Below are positions 36,728 to 47,592 of a DNA stretch of 64,000 nucleotides, piece by piece. A program made the translations under genes and the position numbers. Source of the stretch: Sedimentisphaerales bacterium (GTDB lineage Bacteria; Planctomycetota; Phycisphaerae; Sedimentisphaerales; SM23-30); assembly GCA_963666285.1 (NCBI GenBank), contig OY762711.1; one strand, 5' to 3'. Every line of letters begins with the position of its first letter. Within the stretch, counting starts at the first letter, position 1. The notes under the pieces were generated by a model that was given only the letters and a program-made list of their open reading frames with translations, was not told the DNA's origin and ran no database searches.

Positions 36728-39256
36728 TTAGTTGATCTGCCACTCCAATATACCGCCTGAGTAATTATTCTGCAGTTTAACGGTTATTCTTAATGAAGTA
36801 GTTTTTACTTTTTTGAATTTCACTACATTAAACTTATCAGCAGCAACTCCATAACTGTCTGTGGTTGAGACATCCACCCACGATCCGTCTTTCAGATATT
36901 GAAGCTTCCAGCTTACCGGTATCCGGCATTCACCTTTTCCGGTATCATCAAACCAGTAGACTCCGGCTTTTGATATCTCCATAGGCTTTTCAAAGGTGTA
37001 CTGCACCCATTCGTTTGTTCCCTTATGGTCCCAGAATGTCATTCTTGGGATGGAATGGTCGCCCGAACTTGACGGTACCTTCTGGTCGCACATTGCCGCT
37101 GTACTATCGCTGCCCCAGCATTGTGATGCAGTCGGGTTATATTTCAGCGGTTCCTGCCATTTTACGGCATCAGCTCCGTTTCCAATTGTCGGAAATGCAC
37201 TTATTCTTAACCTGGCAGCACCCAGGGGAACCAGTTTTACAGTTTCAACCGGTTCATCAGATTTTGCCGGACTGTCCTGCAGTACTCCGCAAAGCCCGTT
37301 TTTATCTACTGTCCATTCAGGAATTTTTTTAGCTTTGACTGTCATCTCTATTGGTGCTGCATCGGGCGTAAATGGATAATTATCAGTTGGCCATGCCTTA
37401 TGCTTGATTGCAAACGATGCGGCTGGATTTGTATTGTTCAGAACCAGCCCGTAATTCCACGCACTACCCGGTAATATTTCATATGATGGCCATTTTGTTG
37501 TGTCCAGGCTGCTTTGCCATTTCGAATCACCTAGAATTGTATCAGGGCTTGGAAACTCAACATAGTCTTCTTTGATTTTCAATGAGAATGTCAGCGGCCC
37601 GTAATCGACACTAACGCTATTGTGATTCTTAGCCCACTTTGTAGTCTTGATTTCCATCGGCAGGCTAAGCGTTACGGTATCTCCGCTGTGCCAGGTACGT
37701 TTCAACTTAATATATTTGCCTGCTTCAGCAGCGACTGAAACCGGCTTGCCGTTTACTGTTACTTCAGCATTATCACACCAGTTTGGAATTCTCATATATA
37801 GCGGAAATGCAACCGGGGCAGCGCTTGAGATGTTAAACTTAACCTGCTGTTCAAATGGGTACTTTGTTTCTTCTGAAATTGATATTTCCGAACCATTACC
37901 AACTTTTGCTGTAACTTTGCTGGCTGTGTACATTGTTGCACACAGTCCGTTATCCGGCGTAGCTGTCCAGAGGTTTTCAACATAATAGGGCCATCCGTGG
38001 GAATGGTTGTGCTGACAGCATCTGTGGCTCAACGGGTTCATCATCAAAAACGGGCCGGCATTCTGGATACCCGGAGCATGGTTATGCCTGTCAGATGAGA
38101 TCATATTTGGTGCTGTGAAATATCGCAAAGCTTTCATGTCTGGTGTTAATGCGGCCGGCAGCATATTAAATGCGATATTTTCGCAATGGTCAGCCCAGAA
38201 AGTGTCGCCGGTAATAAGTGTGAGCATTTCATCTGAAAGCATTTGCTCTACCAGTCCGCAGGTCTCGATCGCCTGATGCGGGTCGTCATAGCCCGGCCGG
38301 CAGTTCTCATCTGAGCCGAACATCCCGCCCGGCACCTGGCCGTACATTTCGCGGATTATATCGAAATCATCATAGGTAGCCTGCAGGTCAGATGGGTTAT
38401 GGCTTTGCATATAATAAGTTGCTGGTTCACGGAAGCCCTGGGCAATATTAACATTATGCCAGTTGGGCAGGGTATTGTCCATTTTCCAGTTGGCAGTGTT
38501 TCTGTGCATTTTTTCAGCTAGTTCCAGCAGCCACTTTTCGCCTGTATGATTATACAGCCAGTATATACTGTACAGGTTGTCACCGCCCCTGAGATATTGC
38601 CAGTATCCGGTTAGCATCTTCGAATCCGGAACTGTCAGCTGGTATCGGAAGTAATCTGTCATCAGTTCAATTACTCGCTGGTCTTTAGAATATTCATAAT
38701 AAGACTGCAAACAAAACAGCATGACCATATTGGCCCAGTAGTCGCGTCCGCCGTCAACATTATACAAGGGACCGAAATCACCGTTTTTATGACGGCAGTT
38801 TAGTGTACCTTCAATCCATTTCTTCGCGGTTTTGATTATCTTTTCATCTTTCAGGATATAGCCCATATTGGCATAACCTTTCAGCCAGTAGGGCACCTCT
38901 TCCCAGCCCCATTTACCTTTACCATTTTCTGACAGCCAGGCATTGTCTTCTTCCTGGAGCCAGGCACTTATCTCGTGCAGATGACCGTTCATACCGTTTT
39001 TCTGACGATTTAGTATCTCCAGCAGCCATCCTTTAGGCTCAACTGCGCCAACTGGGAGCTTTACCAGTGCGTTGGGCTTCAGCGGAGCCCTGTTGCTTAC
39101 ATAAAAACTGTTTATGCTGCTCATATCAGGTGTTTCAACTATAGAAGCTTCTGTTGTATTGGTATTGGATTTATTTGAATCAGCAGATATGCCGCATCCG
39201 ATCACAAGAAGCAGAACAAGAGAAATAACAAAGGTGGAAAATACTTTTTTGTTCAT
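36728..39256 (-). CDS. Beta-L-arabinofuranosidase-like (GH127/GH146) lipoprotein with C-terminal discoidin/CBM-like domain
   Basis: Lipobox-like VIGC; WEEVPYW, HNVN, ETC..VE, CCQHN, T.YPF, RIP.W, YGPL motifs; ATG at 39256 after GAGG (39268 possible). Confidence 0.85.
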   Translation of the reverse strand: MNKKVFSTFVISLVLLLVIGCGISADSNKSNTNTTEASIVETPDMSSINSFYVSNRAPLKPNALVKLPVGAVEPKGWLLEILNRQKNGMNGHLHEISAWLQEEDNAWLSENGKGKWGWEEVPYWLKGYANMGYILKDEKIIKTAKKWIEGTLNCRHKNGDFGPLYNVDGGRDYWANMVMLFCLQSYYEYSKDQRVIELMTDYFRYQLTVPDSKMLTGYWQYLRGGDNLYSIYWLYNHTGEKWLLELAEKMHRNTANWKMDNTLPNWHNVNIAQGFREPATYYMQSHNPSDLQATYDDFDIIREMYGQVPGGMFGSDENCRPGYDDPHQAIETCGLVEQMLSDEMLTLITGDTFWADHCENIAFNMLPAALTPDMKALRYFTAPNMISSDRHNHAPGIQNAGPFLMMNPLSHRCCQHNHSHGWPYYVENLWTATPDNGLCATMYTASKVTAKVGNGSEISISEETKYPFEQQVKFNISSAAPVAFPLYMRIPNWCDNAEVTVNGKPVSVAAEAGKYIKLKRTWHSGDTVTLSLPMEIKTTKWAKNHNSVSVDYGPLTFSLKIKEDYVEFPSPDTILGDSKWQSSLDTTKWPSYEILPGSAWNYGLVLNNTNPAASFAIKHKAWPTDNYPFTPDAAPIEMTVKAKKIPEWTVDKNGLCGVLQDSPAKSDEPVETVKLVPLGAARLRISAFPTIGNGADAVKWQEPLKYNPTASQCWGSDSTAAMCDQKVPSSSGDHSIPRMTFWDHKGTNEWVQYTFEKPMEISKAGVYWFDDTGKGECRIPVSWKLQYLKDGSWVDVSTTDSYGVAADKFNVVKFKKVKTTSLRITVKLQNNYSGGILEWQIN

Positions 39257-39527
39257 GTTGGTCCTCATTTAGTTAGAAGGTGTTTTAACATAAATGTATT
39301 ACTAATAGTTTCTTACATTGTCAATTATATGTTTCGTGTTAATATTGTCTTTGGATTGGAAAGTGGTTTTATTCCGTAAATATTTAGATTTTATGAATGT
39401 GAAGAACTATAATTATCTGCAAGGTGCATATATGTATATAGTGACAAATAACTACTTTACAATGTCATTTATAGTACAATCTTAAACAAAAAAAGTAAAA
39501 AAATTTTTAGATATTGGTTATTCGGAA

Positions 39528-40829
39528 ATGCCTATGAAGATATTGTTTATTACTCCTGGTTCCGGCGATAATTTTTATTGTGAAAACTGTATGCGTGACA
39601 GGGTACTAGTAAAGGCGCTGGGTCGTACAGGCAATGATGTAATGTTTATGCCTCTGTATCTGCCAGTAGAGCTGGATTCCAAGCCGCAAGAAGTACAGGT
39701 TGAGCCGATATTTTTTGGTGGGATAAATGTCTATCTCGAACAAAAGCTTGCATTTTTCAGATGGACACCGCGTTGGTTTAATAATTTGTTCGATAGTCGA
39801 AAACTTTTGGATATGGCCGCTAAAAAGGCCGGCATGACCGATCCGTCCGGACTGGGTGATATGACATTGTCTATGCTTCAGGGCAAACACGGCAAGCAGG
39901 CACGCGAGCTCAGTAAACTTATCGACTGGCTCAAAGAACCCGGCAATAAACCGGATATCGTCTGTTTGTCCAATGCTCTACTAAATGGTATTGCACCTGC
40001 GATTGTAAACGAACTTGGTGTCAAAGTAGTGTGCTTTCTGCAGGATGAAGATGGTTTTATCGATTCACTTGGCGAATTTGTTGAACCGGTATGGCGGCAA
40101 ATGAATGCTAATAGCCGGTACATTAAGCAATATATAGCGGTTAGTAAGTTTTACGCCGGTCTTATGCAGCAGAAAATGTCGCTGGCTGATGATAAGATCA
40201 GCTATTGCTATAGCGGGGTAGAGCTTGACGATTATAGTAATGTTACAGTTAAGAACGATGGCCCTCTCACAATAGGGTATTTGTCACGCATATGCAAGAG
40301 CAAAGGTTTTGATGTTCTGGTAAATACTTTTGTCGAGCTAAAAAAACATGATAAGCTAAAGGACCTGCGGCTTATGGTTAGCGGCGGGTCTATTGGCGAT
40401 GATGAATTCATTCAGCAGCAGAAGCAGCTTCTTGATAAAAACGGTGTATTGGACGACGTTATATTTGTTGATGACTTTGTTGATCTGGCTGACAGGCTAG
40501 AATTCTTTTCTTCCATAGATGTTATCTGTGTGCCGGAACAGGATGCGGTTGCTCATGGCAGGTATTTTATCGAAAGTTGTGTTGCCGGTGTTCCGGCGGT
40601 TTGCCCGGATACCGGTGTATTTCCTGAGCTGATAGATCTTACTCATTCCGGTTTGCTGTATAACCATAATAATGACGGTTCTTTGTTTGAGCGGCTGGAA
40701 CAGTTACTGACAGACAATGCATCGCGTTCAAATCTGGCCGCAAATGCCTTGGAAAATGCCGGGAAATATTTCAATATAGACAAAAACGCTGATTGCCTTA
40801 TAGAAATGTTTAAGGCCGCTTTGAGTTAA
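39528..40829 (+). CDS. Glycosyltransferase family 4
   Basis: IGYLSR..KG, ES..AGVP.V....G.FPE; N-terminal FYCENC.RD. Confidence 0.85.
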   Translation: MPMKILFITPGSGDNFYCENCMRDRVLVKALGRTGNDVMFMPLYLPVELDSKPQEVQVEPIFFGGINVYLEQKLAFFRWTPRWFNNLFDSRKLLDMAAKKAGMTDPSGLGDMTLSMLQGKHGKQARELSKLIDWLKEPGNKPDIVCLSNALLNGIAPAIVNELGVKVVCFLQDEDGFIDSLGEFVEPVWRQMNANSRYIKQYIAVSKFYAGLMQQKMSLADDKISYCYSGVELDDYSNVTVKNDGPLTIGYLSRICKSKGFDVLVNTFVELKKHDKLKDLRLMVSGGSIGDDEFIQQQKQLLDKNGVLDDVIFVDDFVDLADRLEFFSSIDVICVPEQDAVAHGRYFIESCVAGVPAVCPDTGVFPELIDLTHSGLLYNHNNDGSLFERLEQLLTDNASRSNLAANALENAGKYFNIDKNADCLIEMFKAALS

Positions 40830-40850
40830 ACGGTTAAAGAGCATCGAATT

Positions 40851-40885
40851 AAAAAAGGGAGGCTCGTAAATGAGTCTCCCTTTTT
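40851..40885. terminator. Bidirectional terminator
   Basis: AAAAAAGGGAGGCTC-GTAAAT-GAGTCTCCCTTTTT between convergent genes. Confidence 0.85.
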
Positions 40886-40892
40886 AATTTCA

Positions 40893-43800
40893 TTATTCAT
40901 CTGTAGACCAGTAAACAAGTTCCCTTGTTTCTGTTGCGGTTCCTGACTCGCTGCCGTATCCCGGAATACCGGCTTTTGCGGTGGTCTTTGTGATACTTTT
41001 CACTATACCAATGTCTGGTATAATATAATATATAACTTTCTGAGATACATCCAGATTCATCGTGTAACCTTCAAAATAACCGGAAGAATCGATTGTCATA
41101 TCGAAAGTTACCATAATCGCATCTTGCTTTTCGCCGTTAAATTCAATAGATTTCACCCCGGCGATAGAACCCTTCGCTGAAGCCGTTCCATAAAGATCTA
41201 TACTGTAGTCTCCGTAACCGTATCCCAGGTATAGTTCAACTGTTCCGGTAAGCGAAGAAGTTGAGCCTTTTCCGGTACCGTCAAATACCAGCAGGTCATC
41301 GAAATCGATATCAATTGTGCCCATTTCAATTTCCTGGCCGAAGCCTTTCAGGTATGTACCGCTGGTTCCTTCCTCCCAATCATAATATTGGATAGCTTCT
41401 TCGTATTCATCTTGCTGATCAGTCACTAATGTTTCATTAACATAACCATCATTTGTATCTACATAAATGTTATAATTAGTGTTATTGAAATCGTAGCCGT
41501 ATAAGTAGCCCTTGCAGTATCCGGCATATTCCAGGCCGTTACTTCCGTTCAGCCCGGCAATTTCCATAAAGCTGCCGGCAAAACTTAGAGACTGCTCGTA
41601 TATCGTCTCGTTATTAGTTTCATCGGTTTCGTTTATGTCACCGCTTGCGTCAACTATTACGACAATTTCGTAATTACCGCCTGATATTGTCGATGGAACG
41701 TCCAGGTTGGCATTCAGCTTTTTAGCCTTGCCTGACACCAGGTTGCCTATATTGAAGTTTTCGATTCTGCCGGCAAAGATATCATCGCCGCCTTCAGTAG
41801 GACGCAGATAAAGTTCTACATCAATTTCCTGGGTTTTGTTCGTCGGAGTATTGCCAATATTGTTAATTTCAACAGGCACTTTCATCTTTGCTGACGCACC
41901 GGGCAGAATAACAGTCGCTGCCTTAATCTGGGCGATGCTGGCAGTGAGGTCAATAAACGGCTCGCTTATTGCCAGTTGTTTTCCTGTTGACTGTTCTACG
42001 GTGCTGCTTGCTGCATCGCCTACTACCGGAGTACTGGCAACCACTATCAGTTCATATGTGCCTTCAGTTGTGTTTGCCGGAACATCAATTTTGATGTTTG
42101 CTTTCTTGGATTTGCCTGGTTTCATATTGCCGGAACTAAGATCCACCTGGCCTACGGTATATTCTGCTTCTGAGTTGATTTCACGTGCTATTACTTTTAC
42201 TTCAGATGTTAGCTCTTTATCTGTTGTCATATTGCCGACGTTTGTTATTTCCGCCTGGACTGTACCCTTGACTGAAGTACCCGCGATAACGGCATCAGGT
42301 ACTTTTACTGAAGCGATTGCAATATCAAATCCGGTAAAACCGTCAGCTATTGTCATTGTGCCATTTGATTCTGTTGTGACGGCTGTATCATTACATGTTG
42401 CAGAAAATATGTATTCGCCTGCTGCCAGGTCGGCAGGTGTTTCCAGGTTGGCCTTAAGTGACTTGGCCTTTCCTGGTTTGAGTTTGCCAACATTCATAAT
42501 GATAGTATCCAGTAAAACCGGTTCGCTGTCCTGCTGACCGTTATCCGCATACACCAGAACTTCTACCTCAGCATCATCCGGGAATGTCTCACTGCTGCTG
42601 TTGCCAACTTTCAAACCAAGCTGTATTGCAGTGGATGTATTTGTGAATGCAGATGTCGGGTATTTGCATGATCCAAGCTCCAGGCTTATCGCCAGGTTTT
42701 CATCATCTACTCCGGGATCAGTAGTATTATCATCTTCAACCTTTACTCCGATACCGATACCAATTATGTCGTCGCGATCGAAGATTGAATATACAAATAT
42801 ATTACTGTCGACATTTAATGTGCCTTCTGTTTTATCACTATTGGAGTTGCTTTTTGAATTGAAATTACCGTTTGATGATATTGAAAATTTCCCGGTATCC
42901 TGATAATCTTCTGTACTGTATCCGTCACAGAAAGTTGATTCTATCAGGTAATTTCCTTTACTGTCAACTGTGAGCATTCCTCTGCTGGTATACGCACTGC
43001 CGGTACTATACTCATCTGTTGCATACTCCTGAACCAGCCAGGTGCCTTCCATGTCTGAGATCTTTTTATTCTTACCATTCTTAACAAAAAGATGAAAACC
43101 GGCTTCGTCTTCATCGTTGGACGGATCGAACAGAATTCCTCCATCGCAAATATACAGAGTGACATCATCTTCTTCCGTATCAATAAGTATTGCCGGTGTG
43201 CTGCTGTCAAGACTCCACGGGATGTTTGTTTCTGACTCTTTTTCTGAGCCGGAATCAATTTCTGTATATTCAAATGAGGCATTTAATTTACCAGATTTAA
43301 CATTAAGTGTTCCGATGCTTGCCTCTGATTCGAAATAAGAGTAGCCCTCATACCATATCCAGTAGCCGTATGCTTTATATTCTCCAATCAAGTCATCCTC
43401 TGTTGGATTTTCAGATTTTCTAACTTGCAGGGTTGTGCTGGTTATGTCACTACTGTCGTTTATCAGACTTACAGATTGTATTAAGTTTGAATTGCCGATA
43501 TATTTTGATGTGTTTTCATCATATGATTTTATATATATCCAGCCGTCAGAGTCTTTCCCTGCCGTTTCAATTTCCAATTGTTTTGATTCTGATGTATTGT
43601 TAAACACGTTTAAATCGATATAGCCGTTGTCAATAATACTTTCACCGAAGAGACTGTCATAATAAAGGTAATTCCTGTAATAATTCATCTCATAGAACCA
43701 GTATTCACCGTCAAGTTCAATTGTTTCAGTTAGCTCAACATCGGTATATGGGTCAGCTGTATCATTTGTTGTATCGTCTTCTGAATAAGTTACTACTGTT

Positions 43801-44234
43801 AGTTCATCCCAACTGCCTGTGTTTGTAATTGTAATAAAACTGCTATAGTATCCGCCTCCGGTAGCAGACATTGTTGCATAGTTGCCGTCAATAGCATATA
43901 AATTGCTGTAATCCTGCAAATTGCCGGTAGCTAATTGGCCAAAGTTTGTGATAGTTGTATTTTTATATTTAAAACCGTCAACAACTTGTGCTTTTTGCTT
44001 TGTTGTTATTACGTAATAATTATATTGACCATAAAATGTCTTGGTGCTTCCATCTGACGATTCGCCCAGATATGTATAGTCGTAACTGTTTATATTATAA
44101 TGGTAATTGTGGCTTTCTGAGTATTCGCCGTAGTTTGTATTGCCGGCCCAAACTTCATATTTCATCTGGGCATTTGCCGTTGAAAAAGCAATTGTGAGCA
44201 ATAAAAAAATAGATAGTGTTTTTATCCGTAACAT
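40893..44234 (-). CDS. Large secreted acidic protein with CARDB/Ig-like repeats
   Basis: Signal peptide; three related units (GKLKPGKAK, GNMKPGKSK, GNLVSGKAK, each followed by P....G.Y); CARDB-like VD....INETDETNN. Confidence 0.75.
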   Translation of the reverse strand: MLRIKTLSIFLLLTIAFSTANAQMKYEVWAGNTNYGEYSESHNYHYNINSYDYTYLGESSDGSTKTFYGQYNYYVITTKQKAQVVDGFKYKNTTITNFGQLATGNLQDYSNLYAIDGNYATMSATGGGYYSSFITITNTGSWDELTVVTYSEDDTTNDTADPYTDVELTETIELDGEYWFYEMNYYRNYLYYDSLFGESIIDNGYIDLNVFNNTSESKQLEIETAGKDSDGWIYIKSYDENTSKYIGNSNLIQSVSLINDSSDITSTTLQVRKSENPTEDDLIGEYKAYGYWIWYEGYSYFESEASIGTLNVKSGKLNASFEYTEIDSGSEKESETNIPWSLDSSTPAILIDTEEDDVTLYICDGGILFDPSNDEDEAGFHLFVKNGKNKKISDMEGTWLVQEYATDEYSTGSAYTSRGMLTVDSKGNYLIESTFCDGYSTEDYQDTGKFSISSNGNFNSKSNSNSDKTEGTLNVDSNIFVYSIFDRDDIIGIGIGVKVEDDNTTDPGVDDENLAISLELGSCKYPTSAFTNTSTAIQLGLKVGNSSSETFPDDAEVEVLVYADNGQQDSEPVLLDTIIMNVGKLKPGKAKSLKANLETPADLAAGEYIFSATCNDTAVTTESNGTMTIADGFTGFDIAIASVKVPDAVIAGTSVKGTVQAEITNVGNMTTDKELTSEVKVIAREINSEAEYTVGQVDLSSGNMKPGKSKKANIKIDVPANTTEGTYELIVVASTPVVGDAASSTVEQSTGKQLAISEPFIDLTASIAQIKAATVILPGASAKMKVPVEINNIGNTPTNKTQEIDVELYLRPTEGGDDIFAGRIENFNIGNLVSGKAKKLNANLDVPSTISGGNYEIVVIVDASGDINETDETNNETIYEQSLSFAGSFMEIAGLNGSNGLEYAGYCKGYLYGYDFNNTNYNIYVDTNDGYVNETLVTDQQDEYEEAIQYYDWEEGTSGTYLKGFGQEIEMGTIDIDFDDLLVFDGTGKGSTSSLTGTVELYLGYGYGDYSIDLYGTASAKGSIAGVKSIEFNGEKQDAIMVTFDMTIDSSGYFEGYTMNLDVSQKVIYYIIPDIGIVKSITKTTAKAGIPGYGSESGTATETRELVYWSTDE

Positions 44235-44443
44235 TTTGACCTCTCATTTTAAAATTCTGTGTTAAATTCTGTAGAAACATCTACACCCGTAAATGAGGCA
44301 TTATAACGGAAAATTATTAAAATTGTGATAAGAATAACAAAAAAATAGAAATGATTTGCAGATAAATTTCTCATCGACGATAGAAGATTTTGTCTATTTT
44401 ACCTATTTTGAAGGCTGCCTCTGAGTGAGCAGCTGGCTGATGC

Positions 44444-45082
44444 TTATAGTTTTGATATCTTAGGGTCTATTCGGAAGGATACTATAGTTGATATGCCGCA
44501 CATTTCCTTGAGTAGGTCTGATTTTTTCTGTGCTGCATAAAATTCTGCTACATAAGTAACTTTGGTTACACAGCTGATCAGAAGTTTATTCGGCTCAGTC
44601 ATCTCTGCTGTTAAATCCTGAACATTATTTACATGACCGTTATCCAGTCCGTCAGCAATTCGCAGGATGCCGGAAAGCATATTTACAGTCTCTCGGTCTT
44701 TGCGGTTGAGCTTACCGTATATTTCATGGCTTTTGTCTGGCATATTCTTTCGATGGTAGCGAGCGGTGGCTGCTATCATTTTTTTTGTACGGCTGTCAAG
44801 TCCCGGCAGCTTGGCCGACATTATCATCTTCATTGAGTTTTTATGATGACTTTTTTGGCCAAAAAACCAGCCTAAATCATGTAACAGGGCAGCATTTGCC
44901 AGGACGAAGCTGTGAAGTGGATCAAATTCTATCGTTTTGGACATACCATCAAATATTAATAGTGCTAATTTACGCACCTGCAGAGGATGTCCCTGTTCAG
45001 GAGAGGTTGTAGCAAAGAAATCATCAATGCTTTTCTGAGCTTGTTCCAGTTCAGATGAAATTGTTTCAGTATAAACTTCCAT
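44444..45082 (-). CDS. HD-domain protein resembling the Ppx/GppA C-terminal region
   Basis: H..QV..LAL.IFD, AALLHDLG, HHKNS, ARYHRK, LRIADGLD. Confidence 0.85.
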   Translation of the reverse strand: MEVYTETISSELEQAQKSIDDFFATTSPEQGHPLQVRKLALLIFDGMSKTIEFDPLHSFVLANAALLHDLGWFFGQKSHHKNSMKMIMSAKLPGLDSRTKKMIAATARYHRKNMPDKSHEIYGKLNRKDRETVNMLSGILRIADGLDNGHVNNVQDLTAEMTEPNKLLISCVTKVTYVAEFYAAQKKSDLLKEMCGISTIVSFRIDPKISKL

Positions 45083-45286
45083 AATATATTGGGATATATT
45101 CTAATAATCACTTATACAACTCCACCGCCGGTATAGTAATTATATCCGCCATTATATAGATTATGCAATTATTTTTTTGCTGGAAAGTGTATACTGATAA
45201 AATATCGGAATACTAATGAATTGACTATTGATAAATTGCCGGAGGTTTTTAAGCTTAATAAACTTCTATTGCAGTTGAACTTACAA

Positions 45287-46675
45287 TTATTTGCACACCA
45301 GTCCTGACAACTCACGCACGATTTCGTCCAGGTCTGCTGCCTGGCTGGTCAGGCTTTGCGATTCTTCTACCCCGTCTCTGGCGTCATGAGCATTCTGCTG
45401 GGTGATCTGGTCGATTTGCGTTACTGCATGGTTGATGTTTTTCAGGCTGCTGCTCTGTTCTACCGCGTCAGATGCTATATGGTCGACTGTTTCTGATGTT
45501 TTTTCTATACTGCTTACGATTTCGTCTAATTTATTGTTTACGTTTACAGCTATTTCAGCCCCGATCTGACTGTTCTTTACTGCCCGATCAATCATACCGG
45601 ATGTGCTCTTTGCCGCTTCGGCACTTCTGATTGCCAGGTTGCGGACTTCTTCTGCGACAACTGCAAATCCTTTACCTGCCTCGCCGGCTCTGGCCGCTTC
45701 AACGGCGGCGTTTAGTGCCAGAAGATTTGTCTGAAATGCTATCTCGTCAATTATTTTTATTACCTTTACTGTATCTTCTGTTGATGCCTGGATTTCAGCT
45801 ACTGCATTTGTCAGCCGCGATGTTTCCTGGCTGCCTTCATTTGCCAGTTGCCTGGCTTTGTATGACATTTCTTTGGCTTCATTGGCATTTGCTGAATTTT
45901 TACTGGTTACTGAAGATACCTCCTGCAGGCTTGCCGCTGTTTCCTGTAGACTCGCGGCCTGGTGACTTGCCGATTCTGATAATGATTGTGAATTGTTCGA
46001 GATAGAGTTTGAAACGTGGTTGACAATATTGCTTGTATTCTCGACTTTGTTAATTAGATTTTGTATTGGTGTTACTATATGCTTTTTCAGCATAAAGAAA
46101 ATAATTGTACATAGGATAAACAATCCGCATGAGGCTGCGGCAATAGTTATTTTCGCTACCTCGGATTTACATCTTTTCCTGCTCGCTTCTGAATCTTTTA
46201 CCAGGCTCGCTATTCTTGATGAAAGTGCTGCCATTTTATCTTTGATGAATTGATCGTTTCGGTCTATTTCTACCCAGCCGATTTTCTCACCTTCGCTGCT
46301 GATGTCAAAAACAATGGTGTTCTGGCAGTTACCTTTGTGAGGAGTTAATTCGGCACCGTCTTTATCGAAAAAAGTTACATGATTTATATCATCATCCTGT
46401 GAAGCGTTTTGTGCTATTACTTCAAGTGCGTCATAGTCGAATGATTCGATAAGGCTTACGGCATTTAATGCCATTAGTGAAGCTATTGATTTACATTTTT
46501 TGTCGAAACTGTTCATTAGCATCTGTTCTTCATTTTTGTGCTCGGCATTGAATGCTTCGATAAATGCCTCAGACTGCTTCTGCTGCGACTTTGACGTAAA
46601 TGTGATTATTATGGCGGATAATGATGAAATTAAAACTATATTTACACTGCAAATTATAAACATAGTCTTAAACAT
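45287..46675 (-). CDS. Methyl-accepting chemotaxis protein
   Basis: Two TM segments; [40 protein letters not shown] at 46675 after AAAGGT. Confidence 0.95.
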   Translation of the reverse strand: MFKTMFIICSVNIVLISSLSAIIITFTSKSQQKQSEAFIEAFNAEHKNEEQMLMNSFDKKCKSIASLMALNAVSLIESFDYDALEVIAQNASQDDDINHVTFFDKDGAELTPHKGNCQNTIVFDISSEGEKIGWVEIDRNDQFIKDKMAALSSRIASLVKDSEASRKRCKSEVAKITIAAASCGLFILCTIIFFMLKKHIVTPIQNLINKVENTSNIVNHVSNSISNNSQSLSESASHQAASLQETAASLQEVSSVTSKNSANANEAKEMSYKARQLANEGSQETSRLTNAVAEIQASTEDTVKVIKIIDEIAFQTNLLALNAAVEAARAGEAGKGFAVVAEEVRNLAIRSAEAAKSTSGMIDRAVKNSQIGAEIAVNVNNKLDEIVSSIEKTSETVDHIASDAVEQSSSLKNINHAVTQIDQITQQNAHDARDGVEESQSLTSQAADLDEIVRELSGLVCK

Positions 46676-46734
46676 TATACCTTTGCGTTTTAGTATACAG
46701 ATACTCATATTCTATTCTCAACTTATCCTGGTTC

Positions 46735-47592
46735 TTACTTGTTGTTTATTACTTCCTGTTTAATTGAAACCATGACTTCATCTATTTTTTTCTTTCCTTC
46801 AGTTGTCGCCATATATTCCAGTAGTGCCCTTGCCCCTTTATCTTTGGTTTTGTCCAGGACAATATAATAGGTTACTGCAAGGGGATACTTATTTGATATG
46901 ATATTACTTATGTTGGATTCTATACCATCTATTTTTGCCAGCTTGCCGTATTCTTCTTTATATGAATTCATACCCATAAATACAACCGCGCCTTCGGTAG
47001 ATTTACAGAAATTCCCAAGATTACTTGGGGCTTTGAGCTTTGTTGCACTTTCGTCAAGCTTATCATTAATACCTATAGCTGTTTCTTTGAATACTGTTAC
47101 TACACCGCTTTCAACTGAGTCGTCCAGGTATCCGGTTTTTACTGGCAGATCATTGCCGCTGACTTCTTTCCAGTTTTTCACCTTTCCGGTGAATATATCA
47201 CATAGTTGTTGTTTTGTTAGATTGTCCACTCCGCATGATGGATTTACTACAACAACTATCGGGTCACGGGCGATTGAGATTGTTTCCCAGTTTGCCGTTT
47301 GGGATGGATCCAGCTTGAATTTCTTGCCCAGTTTCCAGTGGCTCTTACAGGTAAAGGCAAAGTCTATCTTTCCTTCTACCATAAGTTCTATCGCTTTTTT
47401 ATTCCCGGTTTTGGCCGGTTTATAATTCATCTCGGATTTCTTCTGAAATTCTTTCAGTACATGCTCAATCAGGTAATATTCTGTTTTGCATCCTGCGCAC
47501 ATGCAGGTTTCTTTAGCCTTTGCTGCTGACCCTGAAAATAGTGGAATGATAAATAACGTTATTGCTGTGGTAATAATAAGTCTTCTAAACAT
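46735..47592 (-). CDS. PstS-like (PBP2) substrate-binding protein, exported
   Basis: Signal peptide; IARD.IVVVVNP...V.NLT..QL..IFTG.V.NW.EV.G.D pattern of PstS-like PBPs. Confidence 0.8.
   Translation of the reverse strand: MFRRLIITTAITLFIIPLFSGSAAKAKETCMCAGCKTEYYLIEHVLKEFQKKSEMNYKPAKTGNKKAIELMVEGKIDFAFTCKSHWKLGKKFKLDPSQTANWETISIARDPIVVVVNPSCGVDNLTKQQLCDIFTGKVKNWKEVSGNDLPVKTGYLDDSVESGVVTVFKETAIGINDKLDESATKLKAPSNLGNFCKSTEGAVVFMGMNSYKEEYGKLAKIDGIESNISNIISNKYPLAVTYYIVLDKTKDKGARALLEYMATTEGKKKIDEVMVSIKQEVINNK

Noticed and set aside
28133..39256. A single polysaccharide utilisation locus from GH31, GH92 and GH127-like genes
   Set aside because: The genes are separated by terminators and unrelated genes, with no transporter or sugar regulator
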